Part shown: piece after piece, positions 7,881 through 17,660 of the stretch
How positions within the stretch are numbered: the stretch's first letter is position 1
How the letters are laid out: each line of letters opens with the position of its first letter
Assembly (NCBI GenBank): GCA_023245335.1
Contig: JAHFKK010000001.1
Coordinates: 491,282-555,281, forward strand
Reading direction: 5' to 3'
Length of the DNA stretch: 64,000 nucleotides
Source of the DNA: Candidatus Gottesmanbacteria bacterium
GTDB taxonomy: Bacteria > Patescibacteriota > Microgenomatia > UBA10105 > UBA927
The notes under the pieces: generated by a model
Database searches by the model: none
What the model was told of the DNA's origin: nothing
Seen by the model: only the letters and a program-made list of their open reading frames with translations
Made by a program: the position numbers and the translations under genes

Positions 7881-8941
7881 TGCGTGGCGTCCACATACGT
7901 AGGATCGACGGCAGGTACATAAGCCGCAAATCCGTCATCTCCCTCGAAGACAAAGACCGGTTGTAAATACGTTTGTGGGTCTAGTGAATCGTAATACGCG
8001 AGGTAAACGTTTCGGACCGTGATGACGTTTCCGGTTGGATATTTCAGTACATAGCCACTGCCGCTTTCGAGTTCCTGCCATGCCTGGTTGCTGGTTTTTA
8101 ACGCGTATGTTGCGCTCGTCTGATAGTCAATCGGCCAGTAGGTATAGCTAAATTGCAGGATGCGTCTTTGCGTGTTTTTGGAGCCTGAAAATATGATGGA
8201 AATCGGTCCGCCGGAAGCCCCTGTGACGATAGGAGTATTGGCAACGAGCGGCCGATAGAAGTCGACTCGTACCGCATCGGCCTGCGACTGACTGGGGACC
8301 GTCACGAGAGTACTTTGACTTACTTTATAAAACGTCACCGTCACGTCTCCGCCGGTATAGTCCTGCGGATACAATCCGTACGTTTGGAGTAAATTACGTG
8401 CTTCGGATTGTGCTTCTTCGGATGTCGGGACGTTGCTATTCAGAAATATGCCCGCATCCTGCTGGAAGTCATACCGGATAATGAAGTTCGTCGATACCAC
8501 GTCATACCATAAATGCCGCAAAGGAGCCGTAGGATCGTCGAACCGGTAGATGTTGTTATTGGTAGGATCGCTTATGGGATTGGTCCCGAACCCTAAGCGT
8601 TTGGCAAAGGTCTGTGCTGTGGAAAGGGCAAGGAGATTTGAGCCGGTTTTTGGCATGAAATAGACATTTGCGGAAACGGATGCATCCGGCACAGATCCCT
8701 GGATGGTTTGGAGCTGAAAAATAAGCTGCCCCGATGGCGACGCTGCATTTATCGGAAACTTGAGTGACGGCAGGGAACCGAATGCGTGATTGGGCGGCGG
8801 TGCTTTCGGCGGAAAAATCATGATGTAGACCGCGATCAAAATACCCCACAAAATTTTAAGTAGTATGTATCCGATGAGGCCGATGATGCTCCAGTTGATC
8901 GCGCGGCGCGTGTAATATGCAGTTTCCGTTAATGAAGCCAT
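7877..8941 (-). CDS. Membrane-anchored extracellular hypothetical protein
   Basis: Long ORF, single N-terminal TM helix, C-terminal YLQPVFVFEG..F.AYVPAV motif. Confidence 0.8.
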   Translation of the reverse strand: MASLTETAYYTRRAINWSIIGLIGYILLKILWGILIAVYIMIFPPKAPPPNHAFGSLPSLKFPINAASPSGQLIFQLQTIQGSVPDASVSANVYFMPKTGSNLLALSTAQTFAKRLGFGTNPISDPTNNNIYRFDDPTAPLRHLWYDVVSTNFIIRYDFQQDAGIFLNSNVPTSEEAQSEARNLLQTYGLYPQDYTGGDVTVTFYKVSQSTLVTVPSQSQADAVRVDFYRPLVANTPIVTGASGGPISIIFSGSKNTQRRILQFSYTYWPIDYQTSATYALKTSNQAWQELESGSGYVLKYPTGNVITVRNVYLAYYDSLDPQTYLQPVFVFEGDDGFAAYVPAVDPTYVDATH

Positions 8942-9007
8942 AGGCAGTACGCACAAGTAATGTGCGCTACTTTGAGTATACGTTGAGCTCATGCTAGAAT
9001 CAATCGT

Positions 9008-10453
9008 ATGACAGTTCGTACGCGCATCGCGCCGTCCCCGACCGGATTTCCTCACATAGGGACGATTTATCAGGTTTTGATCGATTTTGCTTTCGCGCGC
9101 AAAGCAGGAGGGAAGTTTATATTACGCCTGGAGGATACGGACAGGGCGAGGTTTGTCGAAGGCGCGGAGGACGTGATATATAGTTCCCTTGCCTGGTTTA
9201 GTCTCAACCCGGACGAATCCCCGAAGATAGGGGGCCCGTTTGCGCCGTACCGTCAATCAGAACGCCTTCCTATCTACAAGAAATATTCGGACGAACTGAT
9301 CGCGAAAGGACATGCATATTACTGTTTCTGTACCCGTGAACGTCTGGAAGAGATGAGGAAAAATCAGGAGGCTCATCACCTGCCCCCTATGTATGATAAA
9401 ACGTGCCTCAAACTCACGCCCACGGACGTGAAGGCGAAACTAGATGCCGGCGTACCTCATGTGGTGCGTATGAACGTTCCCGTTCACGAGAAAATAGCAT
9501 TCGACGACCTCGTATCAGGACACATTGAATTTGACAGCGACGTCATCGATCATCAGGTGATCATGAAATCCGACGGGTTCCCTACATATCACTTCGGCGT
9601 TGTCGTCGATGATCATCTCATGGAGATCACCCATGTGTTTCGGGGAAAAGAATGGATTTCATCGACCCCGAAACATGTGCTGCTCTATCAATATTTCGGC
9701 TGGAAGATGCCGGTGCACGGACATCTCCCGCTTATCCTCAACGAAGACGGAAAAGGGAAGCTTTCGAAGCGCCACGGTCATGCATCCGTTGACTACTACC
9801 GGAAGTTGGGATACCTCCCGGAAGCGGTGTTGAATTATTTATCCAATATCGTCTGGAATCATCCGGAAGGAAAGGAAATTTATGACCTCGATGAATTCAT
9901 CAAGCGATTTGATGTGGAGAAGATTACCTCCCAGGGACCCAGATTCGATCTCAAAAAATTGGATTGGGTGAACGGTCAGTATATCCGCGCATTGACTGAT
10001 GACGCGCTGCAGACACGAGTCAGCGAATTTGACGAGCGGGTGAGTAGAGCCGATGCTAAGCTTGTCGCAAAGACGATGCCGCTTGTGAAAGAACGGATGC
10101 ACGTATTGAGTGACTATTGGTCGCTTGCATCATTTTTCTTTACCAAACCGGATTCGTTTGAGACGCCATTACGTAAAGACATGCTCTCCGGATTATACGA
10201 GACGCTGACGCCAGTTGACTGGAAGCATGAACCTATGGAGCAGTCGATACGGCAGCTTGCAGAAAAGAACAGTTGGAAACCCAAGGATGTCTTTATGCAG
10301 CTGCGACTCGCCGTCACGGGGAAGACTGTAGGGCCGCCGCTTCTGGAATCACTGGAGATATTGGGGAAAGAAGAAACACTGATCAGATTAAGCGTGGAGT
10401 TAGATAGTCATTATCCTTCCTTTGAAGAGAAAATCGTTGGGAAAAAACCGTAG
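9008..10453 (+). CDS. gltX: Glutamate--tRNA ligase
   Basis: RTRIAPSPTG, HIGT (HIGH-like), KLSKR, PYRQSER. Confidence 0.97.
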   Translation: MTVRTRIAPSPTGFPHIGTIYQVLIDFAFARKAGGKFILRLEDTDRARFVEGAEDVIYSSLAWFSLNPDESPKIGGPFAPYRQSERLPIYKKYSDELIAKGHAYYCFCTRERLEEMRKNQEAHHLPPMYDKTCLKLTPTDVKAKLDAGVPHVVRMNVPVHEKIAFDDLVSGHIEFDSDVIDHQVIMKSDGFPTYHFGVVVDDHLMEITHVFRGKEWISSTPKHVLLYQYFGWKMPVHGHLPLILNEDGKGKLSKRHGHASVDYYRKLGYLPEAVLNYLSNIVWNHPEGKEIYDLDEFIKRFDVEKITSQGPRFDLKKLDWVNGQYIRALTDDALQTRVSEFDERVSRADAKLVAKTMPLVKERMHVLSDYWSLASFFFTKPDSFETPLRKDMLSGLYETLTPVDWKHEPMEQSIRQLAEKNSWKPKDVFMQLRLAVTGKTVGPPLLESLEILGKEETLIRLSVELDSHYPSFEEKIVGKKP

Positions 10454-10487
10454 GTTTTGTCCCAAAGAGGGGGTGGTCCGAATATCG

Positions 10488-11348
10488 TCAGATATAATCC
10501 GCCCAGTGCGCATCAACCTCGACGGTGAGCTCAAGATATACCTTTTTACTGGAGGCGACCTCAAGTTCCTTACGTGCAGTCGCGCCGATTTCTTTGATGG
10601 TTGATGCGTTTTTGCCGATGATCATACCTTTGTACCGGTCGGCGGATGTGAGGATCCGGGCTTTTATGTACATGACGCCGTTTTCGCGTTCCGCGACATC
10701 GTCAACGACGGTCGTAAGCGTATAGGGCACTTCTTTCCGCAGTGTCAGGAATGCTTTTTCCCGGATGATTTCGGCGATAAACATTTTGCTGTCCAGGTTT
10801 ATGCCCGGTTGGGTCATGTTGGCGGTATCCACGATTGCAGGGCCTTCCGGTAAACGCTCAAAGATGGCATTGAGGAGTAACGGCAGATGTTTGCCGGTGA
10901 AGGCGGAAAGCTCGATGACTTCGTCAAATTCTTCTTCCATAAACCGGTATTGGACGATGTGCGTGGGAGCTTTTACATCTACTTTATTGATGACGAGAAT
11001 CTTGGGGATATTCACTTTCCGCACGATGCCCAGCACTTTGTTTTCTTCCTCGGCGCGCTGCCGTGTGTGGTCTACGATGTAGGCGATGAGATCAACTCCC
11101 TGTTCAATCGCTTCTTCGGTCCGCAGGTTGATGCGGGAGGAAACCTGATCTTTGACTTTGGCAAATATTCCGGGTGTATCGACAAAGACGATCTGTCCGC
11201 GCTCATCTTCATAGACCGCCTGGATCGGGAAGCGCGTTGTCTGAGGTTTGGGCGAGGTGATGGATACCTTTTGTCGAAGGATATTATTGAGAAGTGTTGA
11301 TTTGCCCGCGTTGGGACGGCCCACAAGCGCGACTATGCCTGATTTCAT
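10488..11348 (-). CDS. era: GTPase Era
   Basis: GRPNAGKST, PQTTR, DTPG, NKVD and C-terminal KH domain (IIGKN). Confidence 0.97.
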   Translation of the reverse strand: MKSGIVALVGRPNAGKSTLLNNILRQKVSITSPKPQTTRFPIQAVYEDERGQIVFVDTPGIFAKVKDQVSSRINLRTEEAIEQGVDLIAYIVDHTRQRAEEENKVLGIVRKVNIPKILVINKVDVKAPTHIVQYRFMEEEFDEVIELSAFTGKHLPLLLNAIFERLPEGPAIVDTANMTQPGINLDSKMFIAEIIREKAFLTLRKEVPYTLTTVVDDVAERENGVMYIKARILTSADRYKGMIIGKNASTIKEIGATARKELEVASSKKVYLELTVEVDAHWADYI

Positions 11349-11374
11349 TGTCCTATTGTACTATATTTACCTCT

Positions 11375-11407
11375 CATCAGCTTGCTTTCAGTTTAAGTTC
11401 GTACTAT
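11375..11407 (+). promoter_or_regulatory. Direct-repeat box (CATCAG-N5-TTTCAG) plus -10 TACTAT
   Basis: catcag cttgc tttcag, then 10 nt, then TACTAT; same layout at four other promoters. Confidence 0.6.
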
Positions 11408-11431
11408 ACCTTACATATGGAGGTGTATTCT

Positions 11432-11797
11432 ATGCAAGGAATCAAACATCAGCAGGGGTTTGGAGCACTTGTAGTCGTCATAGTAGTTGCGGTACTTGCT
11501 CTGGCAGGCGCCGGAGTATGGTTCAGTATGAGGAAGGCTCCGGAGGCGGCAATAACGCCGACGGATACTTCTATGTCCGCTTCAGGATCAATAGGAGTAA
11601 GTAATACACCGGCTATGTCCGGTTCGTCCGGTACTGCGGGAGCTTCGGGCACGATGAAGGTATCCGCAGATACGTCAGACACCTCTCTGGATCAGAATTC
11701 ACAGGATGTCAGTACAAAGCTCAACGTCCTAAACAGCGATTCGGTGAGCGTGGATCAAGCACTTAATGATAAACAGGGAAACCTGTCTGAACAATAA
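11432..11797 (+). CDS. Membrane-anchored Ser/Thr-rich protein with prepilin-like N-terminus
   Basis: GGAGGTG RBS; QQG/FGALVVVIVV hydrophobic segment. Confidence 0.8.
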   Translation: MQGIKHQQGFGALVVVIVVAVLALAGAGVWFSMRKAPEAAITPTDTSMSASGSIGVSNTPAMSGSSGTAGASGTMKVSADTSDTSLDQNSQDVSTKLNVLNSDSVSVDQALNDKQGNLSEQ

Positions 11798-11812
11798 AAG
11801 GAGGAAATATCT

Positions 11813-12610
11813 ATGACAGAACAAAAACGTATTATTACATCAATTAAATCCGGTATAGTCGCGGGGACGCTTATGATTGCGCTCTCCTTTGGCATGACGC
11901 CCGTCTACGCCCAGACGCCTACCACGGGTACGGTATCGACGACCCCGGGTGCCCGGGCAGCCGCACGGCTGTCAGCAAATGAGACTAGGCTGAAAACCAG
12001 GGGAGACGCCGAAATTACCCGGCGTATCACTGCCCTTAATACTCTTCTCACCAAGCTTGGTGCCATGAAGCGGTTGACGGACAGTCAAAAGGCAACGTTC
12101 ACAAGCGGCGTCCAAGGGGAGATTACGACGCTCACGAATCTTAAGGCAAAAATAGACGCTGACACCGATATCGCGACGCTTCGGACTGACGTACAGTCCA
12201 TCGTGCAGTCGTACCGGGTATTCGCGTTGTATTTGCCGCAAATAAATATCATGGCCAATGCGGATAAGGCACTCGCGATTGTCGATGAAATGAACCAGAT
12301 CTCGACAAAGTTGCAAACGAGGATCGATGCGGCGAAGGGAGCCGGTCATGATACGACGGCGCTCGTCACCCTCATGACGGATCGTGCCGCCAAGTTGACC
12401 GATGCGTCGACACAGGCAAACAATGCGATAAATACGGTGGTACCGCTCACCCCCGCCGGGTATCCGGGAAACCGGCCGACGCTCCTTAGCGCACGGACCA
12501 TGCTGCAGACAGTCCATACGGATTTAACCACAGCGGAGAAAGATGCGACCCAAATAAGGCAAACCCTGAAGGGATGGGGGACGACGGTGAAACCGACGCC
12601 TACGCCATAA
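11813..12610 (+). CDS. Secreted alpha-helical/coiled-coil hypothetical protein
   Basis: AGGAGG RBS; signal peptide ending VYA-Q; amphipathic helices; PTPTP tail. Confidence 0.85.
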   Translation: MTEQKRIITSIKSGIVAGTLMIALSFGMTPVYAQTPTTGTVSTTPGARAAARLSANETRLKTRGDAEITRRITALNTLLTKLGAMKRLTDSQKATFTSGVQGEITTLTNLKAKIDADTDIATLRTDVQSIVQSYRVFALYLPQINIMANADKALAIVDEMNQISTKLQTRIDAAKGAGHDTTALVTLMTDRAAKLTDASTQANNAINTVVPLTPAGYPGNRPTLLSARTMLQTVHTDLTTAEKDATQIRQTLKGWGTTVKPTPTP

Positions 12611-12639
12611 GTTTGTACGTATATAAATGTATAAGTATT

Positions 12640-12659
12640 CCAGCCCCTCCGGGGGCTGG
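12640..12659 (+). terminator. GC-rich hairpin after the secreted-protein pair
   Basis: ccagcccc/ggggctgg 8-bp stem; weak U tail. Confidence 0.45.
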
Positions 12660-12679
12660 GTTGGTATAATACGGCAGAG

Positions 12680-13501
12680 ATGCAACTTACCAAACGAAGG
12701 ATCACATCATTTCAGAACAAATTATTTGTATGGTGGGAGTCTCATAAGCGTGATCTCCCGTGGCGTAGAACGAGGGATCCCTACCGTATTTTAGTTTCGG
12801 AAGTCATGCTCCAGCAAACTCAAGTCTCCCGGGTGCTCCCGAAGTATGAGGAATTTCTCTACTATTTCCCGGATGTGTACGCTTTAGCGCGGGCTTCCTC
12901 TGCCAAAGTGCTTCGGGTATGGAAGGGCATGGGGTATAACCGTCGCGCCCTATACCTCAAGCGGACCGCGGAAGCGGTCGTCAGGGATTTCCACGGTGAC
13001 TTTCCACAAGACGAGACGGAGCTTACTCAATTACCCGGTTTGGGTATATACACTGCTCGAGCACTTTTGGTGTTCGCATATGAGCATGATGTCGCCATGA
13101 TCGACACAAACATCCGCCAGATCATCACGCACTTCTTCTTTCAGGATAAGCCGCAAAAAGAAAAGGTTATTCAGGAACTTGCCGACCAACTGCTTCCGAA
13201 AGGAAAATCCTGGGAATGGCATCAGACCCTCATGGATTTCGGCGCGCTTGAACTCAAGCGGCGGAAGAAAATGAAACGTGATGTCAGGATATATGCACAT
13301 CCGTTTCGTGAATCAAACCGGTTTTATCGGGGTAGGATCGTTGACCATTTACGGGAAAGAAGCAGTGCCGAGACGGTCCTGATGAAAATACTTGAGAAGA
13401 AATACGGAAAGCAGGCGTCGTTTTTCCCGCCGATCATTCGTGGACTCATCAAGGACGGACTGATTGTTCGTTCAGGGGCAAGACTTCATTTACCGGAATG
13501 A
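12680..13501 (+). CDS. mutY: A/G-specific adenine glycosylase (MutY-like HhH-GPD) without the Fe-S Cys motif
   Basis: RDLPWR, VSEVMLQQTQV, WKGMGYNRRA, LPGLGIYTA, DTNIR. Confidence 0.88.
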   Translation: MQLTKRRITSFQNKLFVWWESHKRDLPWRRTRDPYRILVSEVMLQQTQVSRVLPKYEEFLYYFPDVYALARASSAKVLRVWKGMGYNRRALYLKRTAEAVVRDFHGDFPQDETELTQLPGLGIYTARALLVFAYEHDVAMIDTNIRQIITHFFFQDKPQKEKVIQELADQLLPKGKSWEWHQTLMDFGALELKRRKKMKRDVRIYAHPFRESNRFYRGRIVDHLRERSSAETVLMKILEKKYGKQASFFPPIIRGLIKDGLIVRSGARLHLPE

Positions 13502-14517
13502 CGGCCGGTGAACCACTTTTTCTGCCCTTCCTCATACAATCGTATGAGCGCGATACTGCCAAACAAAGACAAAATAAGCTGCCACCAAACAGGAAATGTA
13601 TTCGCGTGTACACGCTCGTATGTTTGGATGATGTCGATGACGATATAGTGGACAAAAAATAATCCGTATGACCGTGAACTTATCCATCGGATGACGGCAC
13701 GTACCGGTTCGGCATGAAATATGCCAAATCGCTCTCTGAGGATAAGGAGGCTCCCCATGCCGATGCCGTAGGAAAGGTAGAATATATCCGGCGGATATTT
13801 ATGAAGCGTGAGTGTCAGGGGAAAATGAAGCGAGCTCAGGAACCAATATCCATAAGCGAAAACTGCAAATGCAGTTCCTGCTATGGCAAGGTACAGTATC
13901 GGCTTCGTTTCACGCTGCGCGTCTACGCGCGCTGCGGCAAATGATACGAGAAGTATCGCACTCCATGGCAGCCACATAGTAAGCCGAAAGTCGACATCCG
14001 GACGGACAAATACGAAAAAGACGGTAGATGCAGCTGCGGCAATCATTACTGCGATCGACAACCCGCGCGATTTCCGGATAGACAGGATAAACGGCGTGAT
14101 GAACATAAGTTCCAGAAATAAAATCGGCAGCCACCCGTAATCAACACCGACAAGAAATATGGAGGAAAGCATGAACTGGGGCGATCTGGATAATCCGAGC
14201 CCTGATACGATCCCGGGTAAAAGGAACCAGAGGAAGTAATGGAGCGTGGTGAATGCGTAGTAAGGCAGGATTAACCGTACGGCTCTCCGTTTATACCAGT
14301 TAGTGAGTGTCGCAGGATTCCAGGTGATTGTTTCATATTGACGGTACATGACGTAGCCGGAGCAAAAGACAAAGAGCGGGACGACAAAGTGAAGATAGTT
14401 CCAGATGATATTTATGACATTGGTCCCGAGATTATACGACAGGACGTGTGTCGCGATCATGCCGACGATCGCAACAGCCCGGAGGAAATCTATGTGCGTA
14501 AAGCGTTTATCGGCCAT
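13486..14517 (-). CDS. Acyltransferase family 3 (membrane O-acyltransferase)
   Basis: IDFLRAVAI..H, VPLFVFCSGY, R.VRLILPY, SYGLFFVH; multiple TM segments. Confidence 0.88.
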   Translation of the reverse strand: MADKRFTHIDFLRAVAIVGMIATHVLSYNLGTNVINIIWNYLHFVVPLFVFCSGYVMYRQYETITWNPATLTNWYKRRAVRLILPYYAFTTLHYFLWFLLPGIVSGLGLSRSPQFMLSSIFLVGVDYGWLPILFLELMFITPFILSIRKSRGLSIAVMIAAAASTVFFVFVRPDVDFRLTMWLPWSAILLVSFAAARVDAQRETKPILYLAIAGTAFAVFAYGYWFLSSLHFPLTLTLHKYPPDIFYLSYGIGMGSLLILRERFGIFHAEPVRAVIRWISSRSYGLFFVHYIVIDIIQTYERVHANTFPVWWQLILSLFGSIALIRLYEEGQKKWFTGRHSGK

Positions 14518-14526
14518 AAGTTCTTT

Positions 14527-15006
14527 TTAGCGTATGGTCCGTATCGTGTACTTTCTCGAGCCCGATGGTGCGTATACAGTAATTTCTTCTCCTACCCGTT
14601 TATTGAGGAGTGCTTTCCCTATAGGCGATATATGCGAGACTGTTTTATTTGTGGGATCCGATTCGTATCCTCCGACCACCTTGTATTCGTATTCGCGTGT
14701 ACCGTCTGCTATAACGACCGTGTTGCCGAACCCCACCTGATCTGTCGCGGCGGATTCCACAACTCTCCCCAGCCGGACCAGGCGCTCGATCCGGCGAAGA
14801 TTTGCGTCTATTCCGCTTAGCCTCGCGCGTGCCGCTTTGTAATATCCGTTTTCGGAAAGGTCGCCCATCTCCCGTGCCTTATGCAGATGTTCTACGGCGT
14901 CCGGACGCTCTGCCAGAAGTTTGGCTTTTTCGTCCAGTACGTTCTGATACCCATCTTTGGTAAACGGAATGCGTTTCGGCGAGGGAGGGGTAAGTTTGAT
15001 AACCAT
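14527..15006 (-). CDS. greA: Transcription elongation factor GreA/GreB family
   Basis: AREMGDLSENGYY, SHISPIGKALL. Confidence 0.9.
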   Translation of the reverse strand: MVIKLTPPSPKRIPFTKDGYQNVLDEKAKLLAERPDAVEHLHKAREMGDLSENGYYKAARARLSGIDANLRRIERLVRLGRVVESAATDQVGFGNTVVIADGTREYEYKVVGGYESDPTNKTVSHISPIGKALLNKRVGEEITVYAPSGSRKYTIRTIR

Positions 15007-15008
15007 AT

Positions 15009-15839
15009 TTACAGGACAAACTGTTTGCGATTTCTGATCTCATCGATTATACGACGAATCATGTTCGTGTAGGTATAGGTCGGTAATCCCAAAGCAGTAA
15101 GTTCGGAGAATGTTTGAGTTATAACGACAGTCGCGTCCTTCTTGTCGACGGGACTCACAGTTATCCCGAATGGAGAGAGTATATCCGAGGCGACATCAAA
15201 ACGCGTTTTCATTTCCGGGACGGCAATCGGGATAACCTGGTTACGGATATTTTTTTCCAGACACGCAATAATGACTTCAGAAATGTGACCCACGTAGGTC
15301 GGATGAAATTTCCAAGACGTATCGTATATTGCCGGCGTCCCCTCATCCAGATTTTTGAGCAGCCGGTTAAACGGCCGGTCATTCGTCGTATTCGGGCTGA
15401 AGCCGAGGATAAATGACGGGCGGAGGATAAGATACCTGTTTTGTACCTTTTTGACGATCTTCTCGGATTCATATTTTGTAAAGCCGTACACATTCGTCGG
15501 TTTGATGGCGGCAAAAGAAGATATGTAGATGACCGAGGCGTTATGCGCGTCAGCCGCTTGGGCTATGTATCGCGTCCCGTGTTCGTTAATTGCTTTGGCC
15601 TCTGTGGGATGCGCCTCACACCACCTTGCATTGGCATTGGATGCCACGTGGACGATCACATTTGGTCTCGTATCATGAATGACTGTATGCACCGCTTCCG
15701 AATCGGTGATATCGAGCGAAACGAATTGTTTGGAAAGCGGAGTGTGCGCGTATGTGCCCGTGACGTCATATAGCTTTTTGATATCGAAGTAGAGTCGGGC
15801 TCCGACGTAACTGTTTGCGCCGATTATGAGGACTTTCAT
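15009..15839 (-). CDS. RmlD-like sugar-nucleotide reductase (extended SDR)
   Basis: IGANSYVG Rossmann motif, YISS, YGFTK (YxxxK). Confidence 0.8.
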   Translation of the reverse strand: MKVLIIGANSYVGARLYFDIKKLYDVTGTYAHTPLSKQFVSLDITDSEAVHTVIHDTRPNVIVHVASNANARWCEAHPTEAKAINEHGTRYIAQAADAHNASVIYISSFAAIKPTNVYGFTKYESEKIVKKVQNRYLILRPSFILGFSPNTTNDRPFNRLLKNLDEGTPAIYDTSWKFHPTYVGHISEVIIACLEKNIRNQVIPIAVPEMKTRFDVASDILSPFGITVSPVDKKDATVVITQTFSELTALGLPTYTYTNMIRRIIDEIRNRKQFVL

Positions 15840-15858
15840 GATTGTTTCTGTGACCTCA

Positions 15859-16689
15859 TTAATTGTTATTTAATATGTAGAGATCCTGTCCGTAGGTGTT
15901 GAGTCCTACGAGCGTCGCATTACCCGCAAGTACTGCTTCGTACGGCCGGCACGCACGACAGCCGTTCTCGTGGCACTTGAAGTGTCCGAGTTTGCGGGCA
16001 AGCGCGACTTTGCGCGCAAGATCGAGTATCTTTTTTTCCGAGGATCCTGCATCAGGAAGGGTCATGTCGACAGGCGCGTCATCGCGGTCGAGGTACCAGT
16101 AGCTTATGCCCGTTACCGCTTTGGTCTGCGTGTGTGTCGCGAGTAAATAATAGATAGGAAGCTGCAGCGAGTCCGGGTCTTCGTCGAACTTGCCGGTTTT
16201 GAAGTCGATGATCCGGACACTGTCGGAGTCTTCTTTGTATTCCAGCCAGTCCACTTTACCGCAGAGGATGATGTTGTCTTCTTCGGACAGCCAATAATAG
16301 GGAAGTTCCTGGCGTATTTTGATGGCTTTCCCCGCGAGTGGACCGGGATGCTTCATAACCCGTTCGATCATCGACACCGCGCGTTCCTTCGATTTCTTTT
16401 CCTGCTCCGGGTCGGTGAATCCTCCCCGCTTGCCGGAAATGTTCGCCCAGGCTTTTTTAAACCTATCCATAAGCGACGTCGCGAAGCGCTCTTCGGCAGG
16501 GAGTGAAGACAGGGATTCTATGGTTTCGTGTACTGCCTGGCCGAGCGCAAGGGGCGGCTCCATGACGGAGATTTTTCTGTTTGTTTTGGGATCTCGGTAG
16601 ACGTTTCGCAGGTAATAAGCTCTCGGACACTTGAGGTAGTCAGAGAGTGATGAGTGGGAAACCCATACTGCTGAGTATTTATCCTTCAT
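15859..16689 (-). CDS. PD-(D/E)XK nuclease, Cas4/AddB-like
   Basis: S.SSL..Y..CPR, GKVD, IIDFKTG, QL.IY, C-terminal C-x4-C-x2-C. Confidence 0.85.
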   Translation of the reverse strand: MKDKYSAVWVSHSSLSDYLKCPRAYYLRNVYRDPKTNRKISVMEPPLALGQAVHETIESLSSLPAEERFATSLMDRFKKAWANISGKRGGFTDPEQEKKSKERAVSMIERVMKHPGPLAGKAIKIRQELPYYWLSEEDNIILCGKVDWLEYKEDSDSVRIIDFKTGKFDEDPDSLQLPIYYLLATHTQTKAVTGISYWYLDRDDAPVDMTLPDAGSSEKKILDLARKVALARKLGHFKCHENGCRACRPYEAVLAGNATLVGLNTYGQDLYILNNN

Positions 16690-16690
16690 A

Positions 16691-17533
16691 TCAGGTAACT
16701 AATAATACACCAATAGTCGTCAGTATTGCTGCGATAATTTTTCTGCCAATATGTTTTTTCTCTTTAAGATAGATAGTAGCAAGAATAACGGTGAGTACAA
16801 TTGACGCGCGGCTAATTGAACTGATTTGCGATACAAGAGCTCCAAGAGAAAGTGATACATAAAATGTAATTGCCTGAATAGAATAAAGAAACGTAAAAAA
16901 AATAAGATTCCTGTCGATATGCCGAATCTCCTGCAATATCACCAGTGTTCGTTTGACGTAAAGAAGATAGATGAGTATTCCCGGTATGAAGCAAATGAGA
17001 GATAAATACGAAACGGCATCATAGTGACGGATGATAAAAGAGTCACTTACTACGGCAAGACCGTATGATCCGGCACCAAGTAATGCAAGTCCGGCTCCGG
17101 TGTTCAATTTAAATTTTTGTCGTGTGATGCTAATGATGACGACAGAAACTAAAATAAGAAAGACGCCGAGAAGCTGTAACAACGTGAGTTTGTCTCTTAA
17201 GAATATAAACGATGCGGCGATAGTGAAAACGACGCCAGCCCCGCCTAATACCGTTGCCTCTGAAGCTTCTATGGATTTATATGCTTTAAAAAAAGAAAGG
17301 GTGCCGGTAGCATAGAGAATTCCGCTTAGCAGAAAAAACGGCAATAGAGAAACAGACGGGGTATGTAATCCATGAATAAACCCGTAAATTAACGTGATAA
17401 ATCCAAGCAAGAACTGGAACACAATCGATGAGGCAACCGGATCGCTTGATTCCTTTTTCATGGAAAGCTTTTGGAAAAGTGACCCCACTGAAATGGAAAC
17501 AACGTTAATAGCGGCCAGTAAATACCACGACAT
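16691..17533 (-). CDS. EamA/DMT family transporter
   Basis: About ten TM helices in two repeats; start at MSWYLLAA. Confidence 0.85.
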   Translation of the reverse strand: MSWYLLAAINVVSISVGSLFQKLSMKKESSDPVASSIVFQFLLGFITLIYGFIHGLHTPSVSLLPFFLLSGILYATGTLSFFKAYKSIEASEATVLGGAGVVFTIAASFIFLRDKLTLLQLLGVFLILVSVVIISITRQKFKLNTGAGLALLGAGSYGLAVVSDSFIIRHYDAVSYLSLICFIPGILIYLLYVKRTLVILQEIRHIDRNLIFFTFLYSIQAITFYVSLSLGALVSQISSISRASIVLTVILATIYLKEKKHIGRKIIAAILTTIGVLLVT

Positions 17534-17660
17534 ATGTTTGTATGTATTATACCAAGGAGTGAAGTTCGTCGGGTTCGTATCTTTTTTTGGGTCCGCACTT
17601 TGAGATTGAGGATGCTTTGTGATATAGTTTCCAGGTGCCCCTGTCCCACAGAAGTTTTCC

